From assembly GCA_002498525.1 (NCBI GenBank), contig DAHR01000013.1:43748-107747 (forward strand): 64,000 nt of DNA, in the 5' to 3' direction. Shown piece after piece: positions 27,223 through 36,030 of the stretch. The notes under the pieces are model-generated. The model ran no database searches, had not been told where the DNA came from, and saw nothing but the letters and a program-made list of their open reading frames with translations. How positions within the stretch are numbered: position 1 is the stretch's first letter; the number at the start of each line of letters is the position of its first letter. Source of the DNA: Euryarchaeota archaeon UBA58. Lineage in GTDB: Archaea > Thermoplasmatota > Poseidoniia > Poseidoniales > Thalassarchaeaceae. Made by a program: the position numbers and the translations under genes.

Positions 27223-27639
27223 TCATTCATCCGGCAACGCAGGCAGAATCAACCGTGACAAAGGCACAGCGATTGGAGGTAGATGATCGGAGAAGCGATG
27301 CCGGCTCGTCTTGGGGGCCATCAACTCCCCAGTCATCGCAGCATCGACAACATCCTGCTTCGAGATCGAGTCGCGACCACAATTCGGCCAGACATCCAAC
27401 TCGATCGATGCATCCTCCAGATAATCGACCAGAACACAGGGCAAACATTGCAGCCCGAGCCGTAGCGCGACTTCGAAGCGGTGATGTCCATCGAGGATGG
27501 TACCGGTGGTACGATCGATGAGCAGTGGCTTGGTATATGCGTTCCAGCGGTGCGTCATTCGCTCCAATTGGTCGACCTTCTCAGAAATAATCTGCTCGTG
27601 CGCTCGAAGAACCTCAAGCGGCACCAATTCGACCTCCAT
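27223..27639 (-). CDS. ParB/sulfiredoxin-like nuclease-fold domain protein (138 aa)
   Basis: LEVLRAHEQI...PLLIDRTTGTILDGHHRFEVALRLGL carries the ParB/Srx DGHHR signature. Confidence 0.65.
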   Translation of the reverse strand: MEVELVPLEVLRAHEQIISEKVDQLERMTHRWNAYTKPLLIDRTTGTILDGHHRFEVALRLGLQCLPCVLVDYLEDASIELDVWPNCGRDSISKQDVVDAAMTGELMAPKTSRHRFSDHLPPIAVPLSRLILPALPDE

Positions 27640-27714
27640 GAGCCCCGGAGAAGGCGTTCGGCAATATGTCTGATGCCCGAAGAAGTGAAGCGCGAAAGGT
27701 CACGAAGCGGCTGC

Positions 27715-28962
27715 ATGGCAGACCTATCCGAGAGTCTGACGGCGGCCGACATCGCCGTTCTCAAGAGGCTCAACTCGGCCGGCGAAGCCTGGGTCGTCGG
27801 AGGCTGGGTTCGCGATGCTCTGGCGGGGATAACGGCCGATGAGGTCGACATGGCGACGACTCTTCGACCTTCCGAGGTCGCCAAATTATTCCCTCGCACG
27901 GTGATGATCGGCGAGGCTTTCGGCACGATTCTGGTGCTGCCTGATGAAAAATCGAATTCTGCGCAGGACGAGCCCTCGTGGGAGGTGACGACTCTGCGCA
28001 GTGAAGGCACCTACGGTGATGGTCGCCGACCCGACGAAGTCGAGTTCGGCGAGGATATTCGGGAAGATCTCGCCCGACGCGATTTCACCATCAACGCGAT
28101 GGCTCTCGATTCAGAGTCTGGTGAAGTCATCGACCCCTTCGGCGGTCGTGAAGACCTCGCTGCAGGGGTCGTTCGAGCGGTTGGCGATGCGGTCGAGCGG
28201 ATGTCAGAGGATGGACTGCGGATCATGCGAGCCTTCCGCTTCCTGAGCGGTGGCACGCTCGGCTATCGCCGCCTCGATTCGGATCTCAGTGCGGCGATTC
28301 GAGAAAACGTCGCGATGCTCGACAAGGTCTCCGCAGAGCGGAAATGGGCGGAGTTGTCGAAGATCCTGCAACGACAGAACACGAATCGGATTCTGGCTGA
28401 GATGGATTCACACGGAGTTCTCGCCAAGGTCTTACCGGAGACGATACTGCGGCTCGAAGCGGACTTCTCTGGCGCAGCTCCGGTCGACCTCGCCATCCTC
28501 TGTTCGAATGACCTCAGGAGCGGAACCGGCCTCGCTTCGCATCTCAAGGGACTGCTCCGCCTCTCGAATGATGAAGCGGCGACAATCGCATTCGTCCACG
28601 AATTGCATTGCGATTCACTGCAAACCGACCAAGGGACTCTGCGCCGTTACAACGCAGCCCTATCGGAATCGATGAAGGCCGAGGTCGTCGCATACTTCGG
28701 CGCCGCGGGCGAAGCCTATGCGACGGCGGCGGCGGCGATTGCTCCGCCTCGCGTCGGCAACAATCCACTGGTCAACGGCAATCTTCTGATCTCGGCCACC
28801 GGCCTCGCCGCCGGCCCGCGTCTCGGCCGCCTCAAGGGCTGGTTGCATCGCCGCCAGATAGAGACCGACCTTGTGACTGCCGAGGAGGTGCTCGAGCTCT
28901 TGGATTCAATCGACTGGCGGGAAGATGAGTCAGAGAATTGGCCTACCCTCTGTTGGCCATGA
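27715..28962 (+). CDS. Class-II (bacterial/eukaryal-type) tRNA nucleotidyltransferase / poly(A) polymerase family, CCA-adding-enzyme-like
   Basis: AWVVGGWVRDALAG..DEVDMATT, FGTILVL and EDLARRDFTINAMAL are class-II head-domain motifs. Start is ATG 27715 (or 27673); the longer track ORF from 27481 overlaps the divergent ParB-like gene. Confidence 0.75.
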   Translation: MADLSESLTAADIAVLKRLNSAGEAWVVGGWVRDALAGITADEVDMATTLRPSEVAKLFPRTVMIGEAFGTILVLPDEKSNSAQDEPSWEVTTLRSEGTYGDGRRPDEVEFGEDIREDLARRDFTINAMALDSESGEVIDPFGGREDLAAGVVRAVGDAVERMSEDGLRIMRAFRFLSGGTLGYRRLDSDLSAAIRENVAMLDKVSAERKWAELSKILQRQNTNRILAEMDSHGVLAKVLPETILRLEADFSGAAPVDLAILCSNDLRSGTGLASHLKGLLRLSNDEAATIAFVHELHCDSLQTDQGTLRRYNAALSESMKAEVVAYFGAAGEAYATAAAAIAPPRVGNNPLVNGNLLISATGLAAGPRLGRLKGWLHRRQIETDLVTAEEVLELLDSIDWREDESENWPTLCWP

Positions 28963-29164
28963 TATCGACCACTCACAGAGAGCATCGGCTCGTACTGCGG
29001 CCCCCCACCCCCAGTCAACGAACGAGCCGGCCCGCGTCACCATGACTCAAGATTCTACGGAAACATCAAGCGATTTTGGATTGATCCGCAGAATCCGTTA
29101 TCAATCCAAGCGGAATCATATGGAATCGTCAACGCGAATATCGAGCGGGTTACTCACGAGCGAA

Positions 29165-29186
29165 GTCGCGGCCGGGGGGCCGCGAC
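29165..29186. terminator. GC hairpin (9-bp stem, GGGG loop) between convergent genes, followed by a T5 run
   Basis: gtcgcggcc-gggg-ggccgcgac is a perfect palindromic stem. tttttc follows at about 29203-29208. Its role as a terminator is conjectural for an archaeon. Confidence 0.3.
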
Positions 29187-29206
29187 GCCTCGGATTCAAG
29201 GATTTT

Positions 29207-29725
29207 TCAAAGTTCGTTGAGCATCTCGATGTACTCTTCGACATTGAGGAATTGATTCTGGTCGAAATCGTGGGGCTTGACGATGATGCACCAGCCATCG
29301 CCGTAAGCCTCATCGTTGACGAGGTCCGAATTATCCTCGACATCGCCGTTAAGTTCGAGAACCTTGCAGGGAAATGGCGCATTGATCAGGATGCGGTCGT
29401 TGGTGGTGCGGACGGTGATGAGCAGGTCGCCCAGTCCGATTTCGTCACCAGCCAATGGCGGCGCTACTGAAGACAATTGCTCGTCATCAGAATCATCGTC
29501 GACATCGAGGGTGAAATTGCCAGATTCCTGAGGATGAGGGAGAACGACGCGGACGATGTCTCCGTATTCGGCTCGAAGGAATTCACTCAGACCGATCTTC
29601 ACATGGATCTGATCTTCTTCGTGTTTGCTTCTACTCTTGACGTCGAATGATTGCAACCATAGATGTTCAAGGGTGTAAACGCGGTCGTGGGCGATTCCAA
29701 ATTCAGCATAATCCGACTCTGACAT
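29207..29725 (-). CDS. Glycine-cleavage H-protein-like (GcvH fold) protein lacking the lipoyl-lysine
   Basis: YTLEHLWLQ, IGLSEFLRAEYGDIVRVVLP, INAPFPCKVLELNGDV and DGWCIIVKP align with GcvH landmarks. The lipoyl-Lys position aligns to Asn109. There is an acidic ~30-aa insert. Start placed at ATG 29725. Confidence 0.65.
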   Translation of the reverse strand: MSESDYAEFGIAHDRVYTLEHLWLQSFDVKSRSKHEEDQIHVKIGLSEFLRAEYGDIVRVVLPHPQESGNFTLDVDDDSDDEQLSSVAPPLAGDEIGLGDLLITVRTTNDRILINAPFPCKVLELNGDVEDNSDLVNDEAYGDGWCIIVKPHDFDQNQFLNVEEYIEMLNEL

Positions 29726-29843
29726 GATTATCTCCGACCGCCCCGCTCTTGGCGTCGGATTTGAATGATTCGCTCGTCGGATTTGCTCAGTCCTCGCCAC
29801 AGCGAGAGATTAACAACGGAGCCAATCCTCAGTAAACTGAGGC

Positions 29844-31022
29844 GTGGCGATGGACTTTCAGGAGACCGAGGAACAGAGCATGATTCGCGAGATGGTCCGC
29901 GACTTCGCCGAAGAGGTGCTCGCACCGACCTGCCTGAGTCGTGACCGCGAACAACGTCCGCCGCTCGATGAATGGGCTGCATTCTGCGAATATGGCTTGC
30001 AAGGTGTCACGATTCCAGAGGAATTCGGAGGTAATCCGGTCGATGACATCTCAGAAGCGATCATAGTTGAGGAACTCGCTCGCGTCGACCCTTCATTCTC
30101 AGTGATGTTCTGCGTTCACGTAGGCCTCTGCTCCAAGACCATTGCTCTACACGGTGACGAAGACCAGAAACAACGCTATCTGACACGACTTGCAGCGGGT
30201 GAGATCGGCGCCTATTCGCTCTCGGAAGCAGGTGCCGGCACCGACGCGGCAGCCCTCAGCTGCCGCGCGAAAATCAGCGAAGACGGCACGCATTATGTGC
30301 TCAACGGCGAGAAGATGTGGGTCACGAATGGACAGAGCGCGGAGATTTACGTGCTCTTCGCGAAGGATGTAGACCACCCCGATTACGGCGTCAAGCGGCA
30401 CGGCGGGACGACGGCGTTCATCGTCGATTCGAGCATGGAAGGATTCAGCGTCGGCAAGAAGGAAGACAAACTGGGTATTCGCTCGTCCGACACCTGTTCG
30501 CTGCTCCTCGAAGACTGCAAAGTGCCGGTCGAGAATGTGCTGAATGGTGCCGGGAAGGGTTTCCCGATCGCGATGAATGCCCTCGACAATTCGCGTATCG
30601 GAATCGCCGCTCAAGCGCTTGGTATCGCGCAAGGAGCATACGAGTCAGCTCTGAATTATGCACACGAGCGGCAGGCTTTCGGAAAGGCTATCGCCCAGCA
30701 TCAGAGCATCGGTAATTACCTCGCCGACATGGCGACACAGACCGAGGCGGCGCGTCTCATGGTCTACAGGGCGGCGTGGGCCAAGCAGCGTCATTACGAG
30801 GAGGGTGCACCGCGCCATTCGATGGAAGCGAGCATGGCGAAATTGTTCGCCGGCGACACGGCGATGTGGGTTGCTGAGCGGGCGGTTCAGGTGCTCGGCG
30901 GATATGGTTACACGACCGATTTCCCGGTCGAGAGATTCTTCCGCGATGCGAAGATCACACAGATCTACGAAGGCACTCAAGAAGTCCAGCGCATCGTCAT
31001 CAACCGCGCAATCGCTCCTTAG
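29844..31022 (+). CDS. Acyl-CoA dehydrogenase (short/medium-chain type)
   Basis: 392 aa with YSLSEAGAGTDAAAL, GEKMWVTNG and a C-terminal QIYEGTQEVQR motif. Confidence 0.85.
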   Translation: MAMDFQETEEQSMIREMVRDFAEEVLAPTCLSRDREQRPPLDEWAAFCEYGLQGVTIPEEFGGNPVDDISEAIIVEELARVDPSFSVMFCVHVGLCSKTIALHGDEDQKQRYLTRLAAGEIGAYSLSEAGAGTDAAALSCRAKISEDGTHYVLNGEKMWVTNGQSAEIYVLFAKDVDHPDYGVKRHGGTTAFIVDSSMEGFSVGKKEDKLGIRSSDTCSLLLEDCKVPVENVLNGAGKGFPIAMNALDNSRIGIAAQALGIAQGAYESALNYAHERQAFGKAIAQHQSIGNYLADMATQTEAARLMVYRAAWAKQRHYEEGAPRHSMEASMAKLFAGDTAMWVAERAVQVLGGYGYTTDFPVERFFRDAKITQIYEGTQEVQRIVINRAIAP

Positions 31023-31251
31023 ATCAAAGTGGATTCCCGCGGCGCAATCGAGGGTTTTCATCTTCGGAATAATCGACGACGATATCGTCGCTGATTCCTG
31101 TTACCATCAGCGTGAAACGCCGCAAACTGACTGAGACCAAACGCTTCCGTTAGTTTGGTAAATTCACTCACGACTCGTCCTGTGAAACTCCGAGTCAATT
31201 CTAAGAATATCACTCAGCGATGGCTTCGACCGCTCGCGCAGGGCGCACTGG

Positions 31252-32802
31252 TCACTCAATCCAAGCGTAGCCGCGCTGGCCCTCGAGTTTGCCCTCGCCG
31301 CCGATCTCAATCAGGGCGAACTCGCCGGTCGGCTTGACCACCGAGCGCTTGCGGCTGCCGCGGTGCAGAGCCTCATAGACCGTCTTGTTGATTGGAGTGC
31401 GAGCCGAGAGACGCTCGAAGAGATGGAAGCGGCTGGCAATCTCCCGCCATTCCGGCTGAACCACTCCTTCGAAGACCTTGGCCTTGGCACCTGAGCCATA
31501 GCCGCAGAGGCCGACGTGCTTGCCTTCCATCTCGACATCGTCGAGATAGTCGGATTCCATCGTCGACATCAAGGCGAGGAAGATGGAACCGGTGTACTGG
31601 TTGCCGATCAGGCTCGAAGCGCGCTGAGTCTTCTCGATTCGGCGCTCGACGAATTCCTTGAAGGCATCAGTCTTCGAAATCAGTCTTCGATACTTGTCGT
31701 TGGCTCGCTCGAACTCCTCGAGACCCGCCGGCGTATCCTCGAAGTCCTCGGGAAATGGCTCCGGACCGATCTGCTCCAACACCCCATCCCACATTGGCAG
31801 ATGCCTGCGGTCATGGCGGAAGACGTCGGGGAACATGCGCTTGCCTTGGAATGCGTAGGGCAGGTGGACGATGATTCGATTCCACTGTTCTGTGAGGATC
31901 TCGTCTTTCGCCGCGTCATAGCGACCAGCGCGAATGGCCTTGGCTCGGAAGTCGATGAAAGCGGTCTTAACCGATTCCGAATAACAGCGGTTGGAGAATG
32001 CACCATCGAAGACTGGAGTGTCCTTGTGGATCTTCAGCGTGTGCTCCTCGAAGATGATGTGATCCTTCTTGCTCGACTTGGGTAGAATCTTCAGGATTCG
32101 CTCCAGCAAGCCACTTCTCAGCTTCTCACCGGACTCTTCGGCGAGGTCGAGGACGTTTTCGACGACGGTCTTGATTTCGACCTCGCGGCGTGGCTTGAAG
32201 AAGTCGTGAACGGGCATCGTCGAGACTCCCCAGATGTCTGGGATCTCGATGAGGCGCGGATTGTGGCGGATCAGAATCGCGCCTCCACCGGCTCCTTGGG
32301 TGTACTCACCAGCGGAGCCGAGGTCATACTTCGCATTGTCAGCGAAGACGACTATTCCGATGCGGTCCTCGTCTTCGCCCCCGCGCGCGACCCAATCGAG
32401 GGTATTGTGCATGGCATCGACGGCGCCGATGCAGGCGAAGGTCAGGTCGACGACGTCGCAATTACGGAAGCAATCCTTGCCGAAGCGTGCTTGGTAGCAC
32501 TGCTCGAGCATATCCAAGATGTAAGTCGCAGTCGGCTTGGAGCCATCGAGGGCGGATTCCGTACCGAGATAGAGGCGACCAATCTTCGATGGATCGAGGC
32601 CGTTGCGGTCGATCAAGCGTCTGCAGGCATTGGCGCCCATCGTCGCGGTATCCTCGTGCACATCGGGGATTGCCATCGCAGTGAGGCCCAATCCCTTGTT
32701 CAATTTACCATAGTCCGCGCCGCGGAATTCGGCGAAATCCTTCATGTCGAAGTATAATCGAGGAAAGTGGATTGCAATGTCATCGATTCCGACGCCTGCC
32801 AT
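31252..32802 (-). CDS. Hydroxymethylglutaryl-CoA synthase family (long, 516-aa form)
   Basis: LGTESALDGSKP (catalytic Glu region), FACIGAVDAM (Cys nucleophile context) and HLPYAFQGKRM (His region). Confidence 0.7.
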   Translation of the reverse strand: MAGVGIDDIAIHFPRLYFDMKDFAEFRGADYGKLNKGLGLTAMAIPDVHEDTATMGANACRRLIDRNGLDPSKIGRLYLGTESALDGSKPTATYILDMLEQCYQARFGKDCFRNCDVVDLTFACIGAVDAMHNTLDWVARGGEDEDRIGIVVFADNAKYDLGSAGEYTQGAGGGAILIRHNPRLIEIPDIWGVSTMPVHDFFKPRREVEIKTVVENVLDLAEESGEKLRSGLLERILKILPKSSKKDHIIFEEHTLKIHKDTPVFDGAFSNRCYSESVKTAFIDFRAKAIRAGRYDAAKDEILTEQWNRIIVHLPYAFQGKRMFPDVFRHDRRHLPMWDGVLEQIGPEPFPEDFEDTPAGLEEFERANDKYRRLISKTDAFKEFVERRIEKTQRASSLIGNQYTGSIFLALMSTMESDYLDDVEMEGKHVGLCGYGSGAKAKVFEGVVQPEWREIASRFHLFERLSARTPINKTVYEALHRGSRKRSVVKPTGEFALIEIGGEGKLEGQRGYAWIE

Positions 32803-32890
32803 GAGTCATCCTCCAGTAATGCGGCGCCATGAAAGTGGGTTATCATTCCTTTGGCGTCATTTGTGCACCCGATGCAGAAGTAGAATCACA

Positions 32891-34012
32891 TCACTGCGAG
32901 CCAGTCAATTCATTAACAGCGTCGAGGAGAGCCGAATTCGCCTCGAAATGGCTCGCCACCGGTGCGAGCACCTCTGCGAGGCCTCTCGCGACCGCCATTT
33001 TTGCGTCGAATGGGTGTATCGAGCCGTCTCCCACTGCTGCCACGAATGAATCGATGTCGCTCCAGATCGACGGCTCGCCGAACTCAGGCTTGGGATCAAC
33101 CCGCAATTCTCCTGCGCCTGGCAGAACCACGAAGCGAGCGATTTCAAAGACTGCTGAATCATCGTTACCGACCTCAAGGAAGGCTTTGCGGAGTTTCTTC
33201 TCGATGCTCTTGGGAGTGTCGTGGAGCAGAATCGCGTTGTTCGGATCTGACTTCGACATCTTGTGATCGAAGGAGTCCATCCTACCCGTTCCCTTGCCCT
33301 TCAGACCCGAAAGCATCGGCGTGTGGATGCAGGTCGCTTTTGTCCAGCCGTTGCGGTCGGCGACCTCACGCATGTACATGTGCGCCTTGCGTTGATCCAT
33401 GCCTCCGAATGCGATATCGACATCGAGTTCGAAGATGTCCGCCGCCTGCATCGGCGGGTAGAAGAAGGCGGCGAGGTCGTCGTCTGAGGAATCTTCGTCT
33501 CGACCCATGATGCTGAAAGTTCGTCTGGCGCGCGCCAGACTCATGCCCTTGGCGCAGCGCAGAACCCGCTCCCAGTAAGCACCCGAATCCATCACTTCGC
33601 CGGCGCTGATGAAACGCAGTTGACCAGCGCCATCTCCCTCTTGGGGGGAGTCTAGCAGAACTCGGAATACCTCGGTCAAGTATTCGCCTGCGATACCGAT
33701 CTTCGCCATGTCGCTGCCGAACTTGTCGTTGACCCAAGCATGCCAGTCGGCGAGGAGGACGAGGACGTTGACACCCTCAGCGAGCATGTTGCGAATCGTC
33801 TCGGCCAGAATGACATAGCCGAGATGGGCTTTGCCACTCGGTTCAAGGCCGATATAGGCTCGAAGTACGTCGTCTCCGCCGTGGCTGGGAGCGCCTGCGA
33901 GGACCGCAGCCACATGCTCGACACCGACGACCTCATCGACGTTCGCGAACATCCGCTCAAGCTTCGCGCGCGCCACGGAATTGAGCGAAGCGAGCGGGTC
34001 GTCGGCAGCCAT
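32891..34012 (-). CDS. tyrS: Tyrosyl-tRNA synthetase, archaeal type
   Basis: YIGLEPSGKAHLGY, LLADWHAW, YPPMQAADIFELDVDIAFGGMDQRKAHM and KMSKS are closely parallel to the Methanocaldococcus TyrRS motifs. Confidence 0.85.
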   Translation of the reverse strand: MAADDPLASLNSVARAKLERMFANVDEVVGVEHVAAVLAGAPSHGGDDVLRAYIGLEPSGKAHLGYVILAETIRNMLAEGVNVLVLLADWHAWVNDKFGSDMAKIGIAGEYLTEVFRVLLDSPQEGDGAGQLRFISAGEVMDSGAYWERVLRCAKGMSLARARRTFSIMGRDEDSSDDDLAAFFYPPMQAADIFELDVDIAFGGMDQRKAHMYMREVADRNGWTKATCIHTPMLSGLKGKGTGRMDSFDHKMSKSDPNNAILLHDTPKSIEKKLRKAFLEVGNDDSAVFEIARFVVLPGAGELRVDPKPEFGEPSIWSDIDSFVAAVGDGSIHPFDAKMAVARGLAEVLAPVASHFEANSALLDAVNELTGSQ

Positions 34013-34021
34013 TCGGTCGCC

Positions 34022-34540
34022 TCAGGGGTTGAGCAGTTTGTTGAGTTTCTCACCGCGACCGAAGGCGCGAGTGTTGTCATTCGCTTCCAGCGCCTCTTCG
34101 ATCTCAGTGATCATCGCCTGCGCCTGAGCCTCGATATCGGCCGACAGGTCGGAAGCCATCTTGATGAAATGATGAGCTGCGGATACGGCCGATTTCGCCT
34201 TTGAAGCCTTCTTGCCCCATTCCTTTGCCTTGTCACTGCGCTGCTTGGAATTGTAGCCGGTCGCATCGTCGAGGAAAACGATCCAGCGGCGACGGCTGTC
34301 CATCGCAGTCTTCATCGCCTCGGGGTCATCGAAATTCGGCGGCACATTTCTGACATTGATGAAAAGTGCGCCTTTATCGTCATAGTGACCGTCGATTTCG
34401 ACCAGGATGTTATGAGAACCGGCGAACGAGTTGTCACCAGAGGATTCGACATTCTCGAAATGTCGACTTGCAAGCGCTGCCAATCCCCCTTCTGCACTCA
34501 CTTGTTTGACAACTCCGCGCTTGACGTCGAATCTCTCCAT
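34022..34540 (-). CDS. Conserved-looking hypothetical protein (172 aa), alpha+beta N-domain and Lys-rich helical tail
   Basis: Clean ORF 10 nt upstream of tyrS on the same strand. No motif recognised. Confidence 0.55.
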   Translation of the reverse strand: MERFDVKRGVVKQVSAEGGLAALASRHFENVESSGDNSFAGSHNILVEIDGHYDDKGALFINVRNVPPNFDDPEAMKTAMDSRRRWIVFLDDATGYNSKQRSDKAKEWGKKASKAKSAVSAAHHFIKMASDLSADIEAQAQAMITEIEEALEANDNTRAFGRGEKLNKLLNP

Positions 34541-34674
34541 GAGGCGCTGCGAGTCGCAACCCGTCTTGAATCCTGCCTCTCATCAGGCTTCACTTTCTAT
34601 CCACGCAGAGGAGTGATTGAGTAAGGACTACCCTTTCCCCACAGACCTAAACCGATAGTCAATCTGCGACCCCC

Positions 34675-35946
34675 ATGCGCAGCACTTCCTCGATGTCTCG
34701 AACCTTGCGCACCACTTCCTCGCTCGCTCCCGCCTCGCGGACTGGGCCTACCCCATCGGTGCTGGTCGGGCTGACCGTGCTGCTGCTGATGGCACCAAGT
34801 GTCTTCGCGGCCTCGGCGGTCGAACTGGGGCAGGGCATCAGTCTGTCCGACGAGGATCTCGGACTCTATGGCGTCGCTGTCGATGCGGATGGCGAGACCG
34901 CCATCGTCTTCGGCGCGCAGTCCTACCTGCGCGCTCTGGACGCTGCAGACCCGAGCCAGCAAGTCGAGTTGATCTGGCCTGGCTCGAACCAATTGCTCGA
35001 CGCTGATTTCCATCCACAGGGTCAGACCGCGTTCATCGTCGGTGAAGGAGGTCTGGTGCTGCGCTATGCGAAGCAGGACCAATCGATCGAGAAAGCCGCC
35101 GCGGAGGCCAGCCTGATGTTCGCCGACCTGACGGCGGTGGCGTGGAACACCGGCGGATCGTGGGCTTACGTCGGGTCCAGCAGTGGCGAGATCTGGCGGC
35201 TTCGAGCCGATGCTGACGGAGGTGCGGAGGTTCACTCGCTGGCGGGTTTGGGCGAGAGTCCGATCATGGCGATCGACTGCCATCCAGCGCTCATGATGTG
35301 CGTCGTCGCAGCTGCCATTGAAGGCATCGGAGTCATCGACCGAGACCACACTTTCACCTGGGTCGGAGGCACCGGCTACCCATGGACGGGAATCGAATGC
35401 CCGACAGCAGAAACGCGCTATTGCGTCGCTGTCGCCGATGATAGAATCGTCGCGATGATCGAGCTGGATCCGAACGATCTGTCGAAGGCGATTCCGGTCA
35501 TCAACCAATTTCCAGACATCGACGCTTACTTCGTCGGAATCGAAGCCCAAGCCGGCGATCGGACCATCATCGTGACCACGCCAGCGGGCTTGATCGAACA
35601 CGACATCAGCCGCAACGCGTCCTACCCTTGGCTCGAACAAGGCGACGTGAACGACCTCAATGTCTCTGGCGACCGCATCGTTGGAACTTGGGGGGTGGGC
35701 GAGGACTCCGGTTGGCTGGTCACCAGCAGAGGCTGGATCGTTCCATACGCACCTCCTGCTGAGGGAGATCGAGGAATTCTCGACCTCTGGATAATACTCG
35801 GCATTCCGGCGGCGACGGGCCTGGTTCTGCTGACCATCGTCTACTCAATCTCACCGCGCTTCCGGAATTGGAGCACCGAGCGCTTCGGTAACGAAGAAGC
35901 GAAGCGAGAGTTGGCTCAAGAGAAGCGTCGAAAGCGCCGACGCTGA
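34675..35946 (+). CDS. Secreted beta-propeller-like protein with C-terminal TM anchor and basic tail
   Basis: Signal-like N-terminus (VLVGLTVLLLMAPSVFAAS). Repeated strand patterns (AVDADGETAIVFG, GQTAFIVGEGGLVLRY, SWAYVGSSSGEIWRL). C-terminal TM helix plus KRRKRRR. Confidence 0.6.
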   Translation: MRSTSSMSRTLRTTSSLAPASRTGPTPSVLVGLTVLLLMAPSVFAASAVELGQGISLSDEDLGLYGVAVDADGETAIVFGAQSYLRALDAADPSQQVELIWPGSNQLLDADFHPQGQTAFIVGEGGLVLRYAKQDQSIEKAAAEASLMFADLTAVAWNTGGSWAYVGSSSGEIWRLRADADGGAEVHSLAGLGESPIMAIDCHPALMMCVVAAAIEGIGVIDRDHTFTWVGGTGYPWTGIECPTAETRYCVAVADDRIVAMIELDPNDLSKAIPVINQFPDIDAYFVGIEAQAGDRTIIVTTPAGLIEHDISRNASYPWLEQGDVNDLNVSGDRIVGTWGVGEDSGWLVTSRGWIVPYAPPAEGDRGILDLWIILGIPAATGLVLLTIVYSISPRFRNWSTERFGNEEAKRELAQEKRRKRRR

Positions 35947-36030
35947 GACTCCAGACACCTCTGTCCGGCGCGCCTCTCTATCCGCAGGGAACCTTCATTT
36001 GGGCTAGTCCGCGGGAGCGGACTGAAACAG

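Noticed and set aside
31065-31178. 37-codon GTG-initiated minus-strand ORF downstream of the HMG-CoA synthase gene (…SEFTKLTEAFGLSQFAAFHADGNRNQRRYRRRLFRR)
   Set aside because: No SD, a non-ATG start and an Arg-rich tail. Too short to evaluate without comparative data.
34597-35640. 347-aa minus-strand ORF
   Set aside because: It is antisense to the 423-aa secreted propeller-like gene. It is extremely Arg/Asp/Gly-rich, lacks secondary-structure-like patterning, and runs into the upstream intergenic region.
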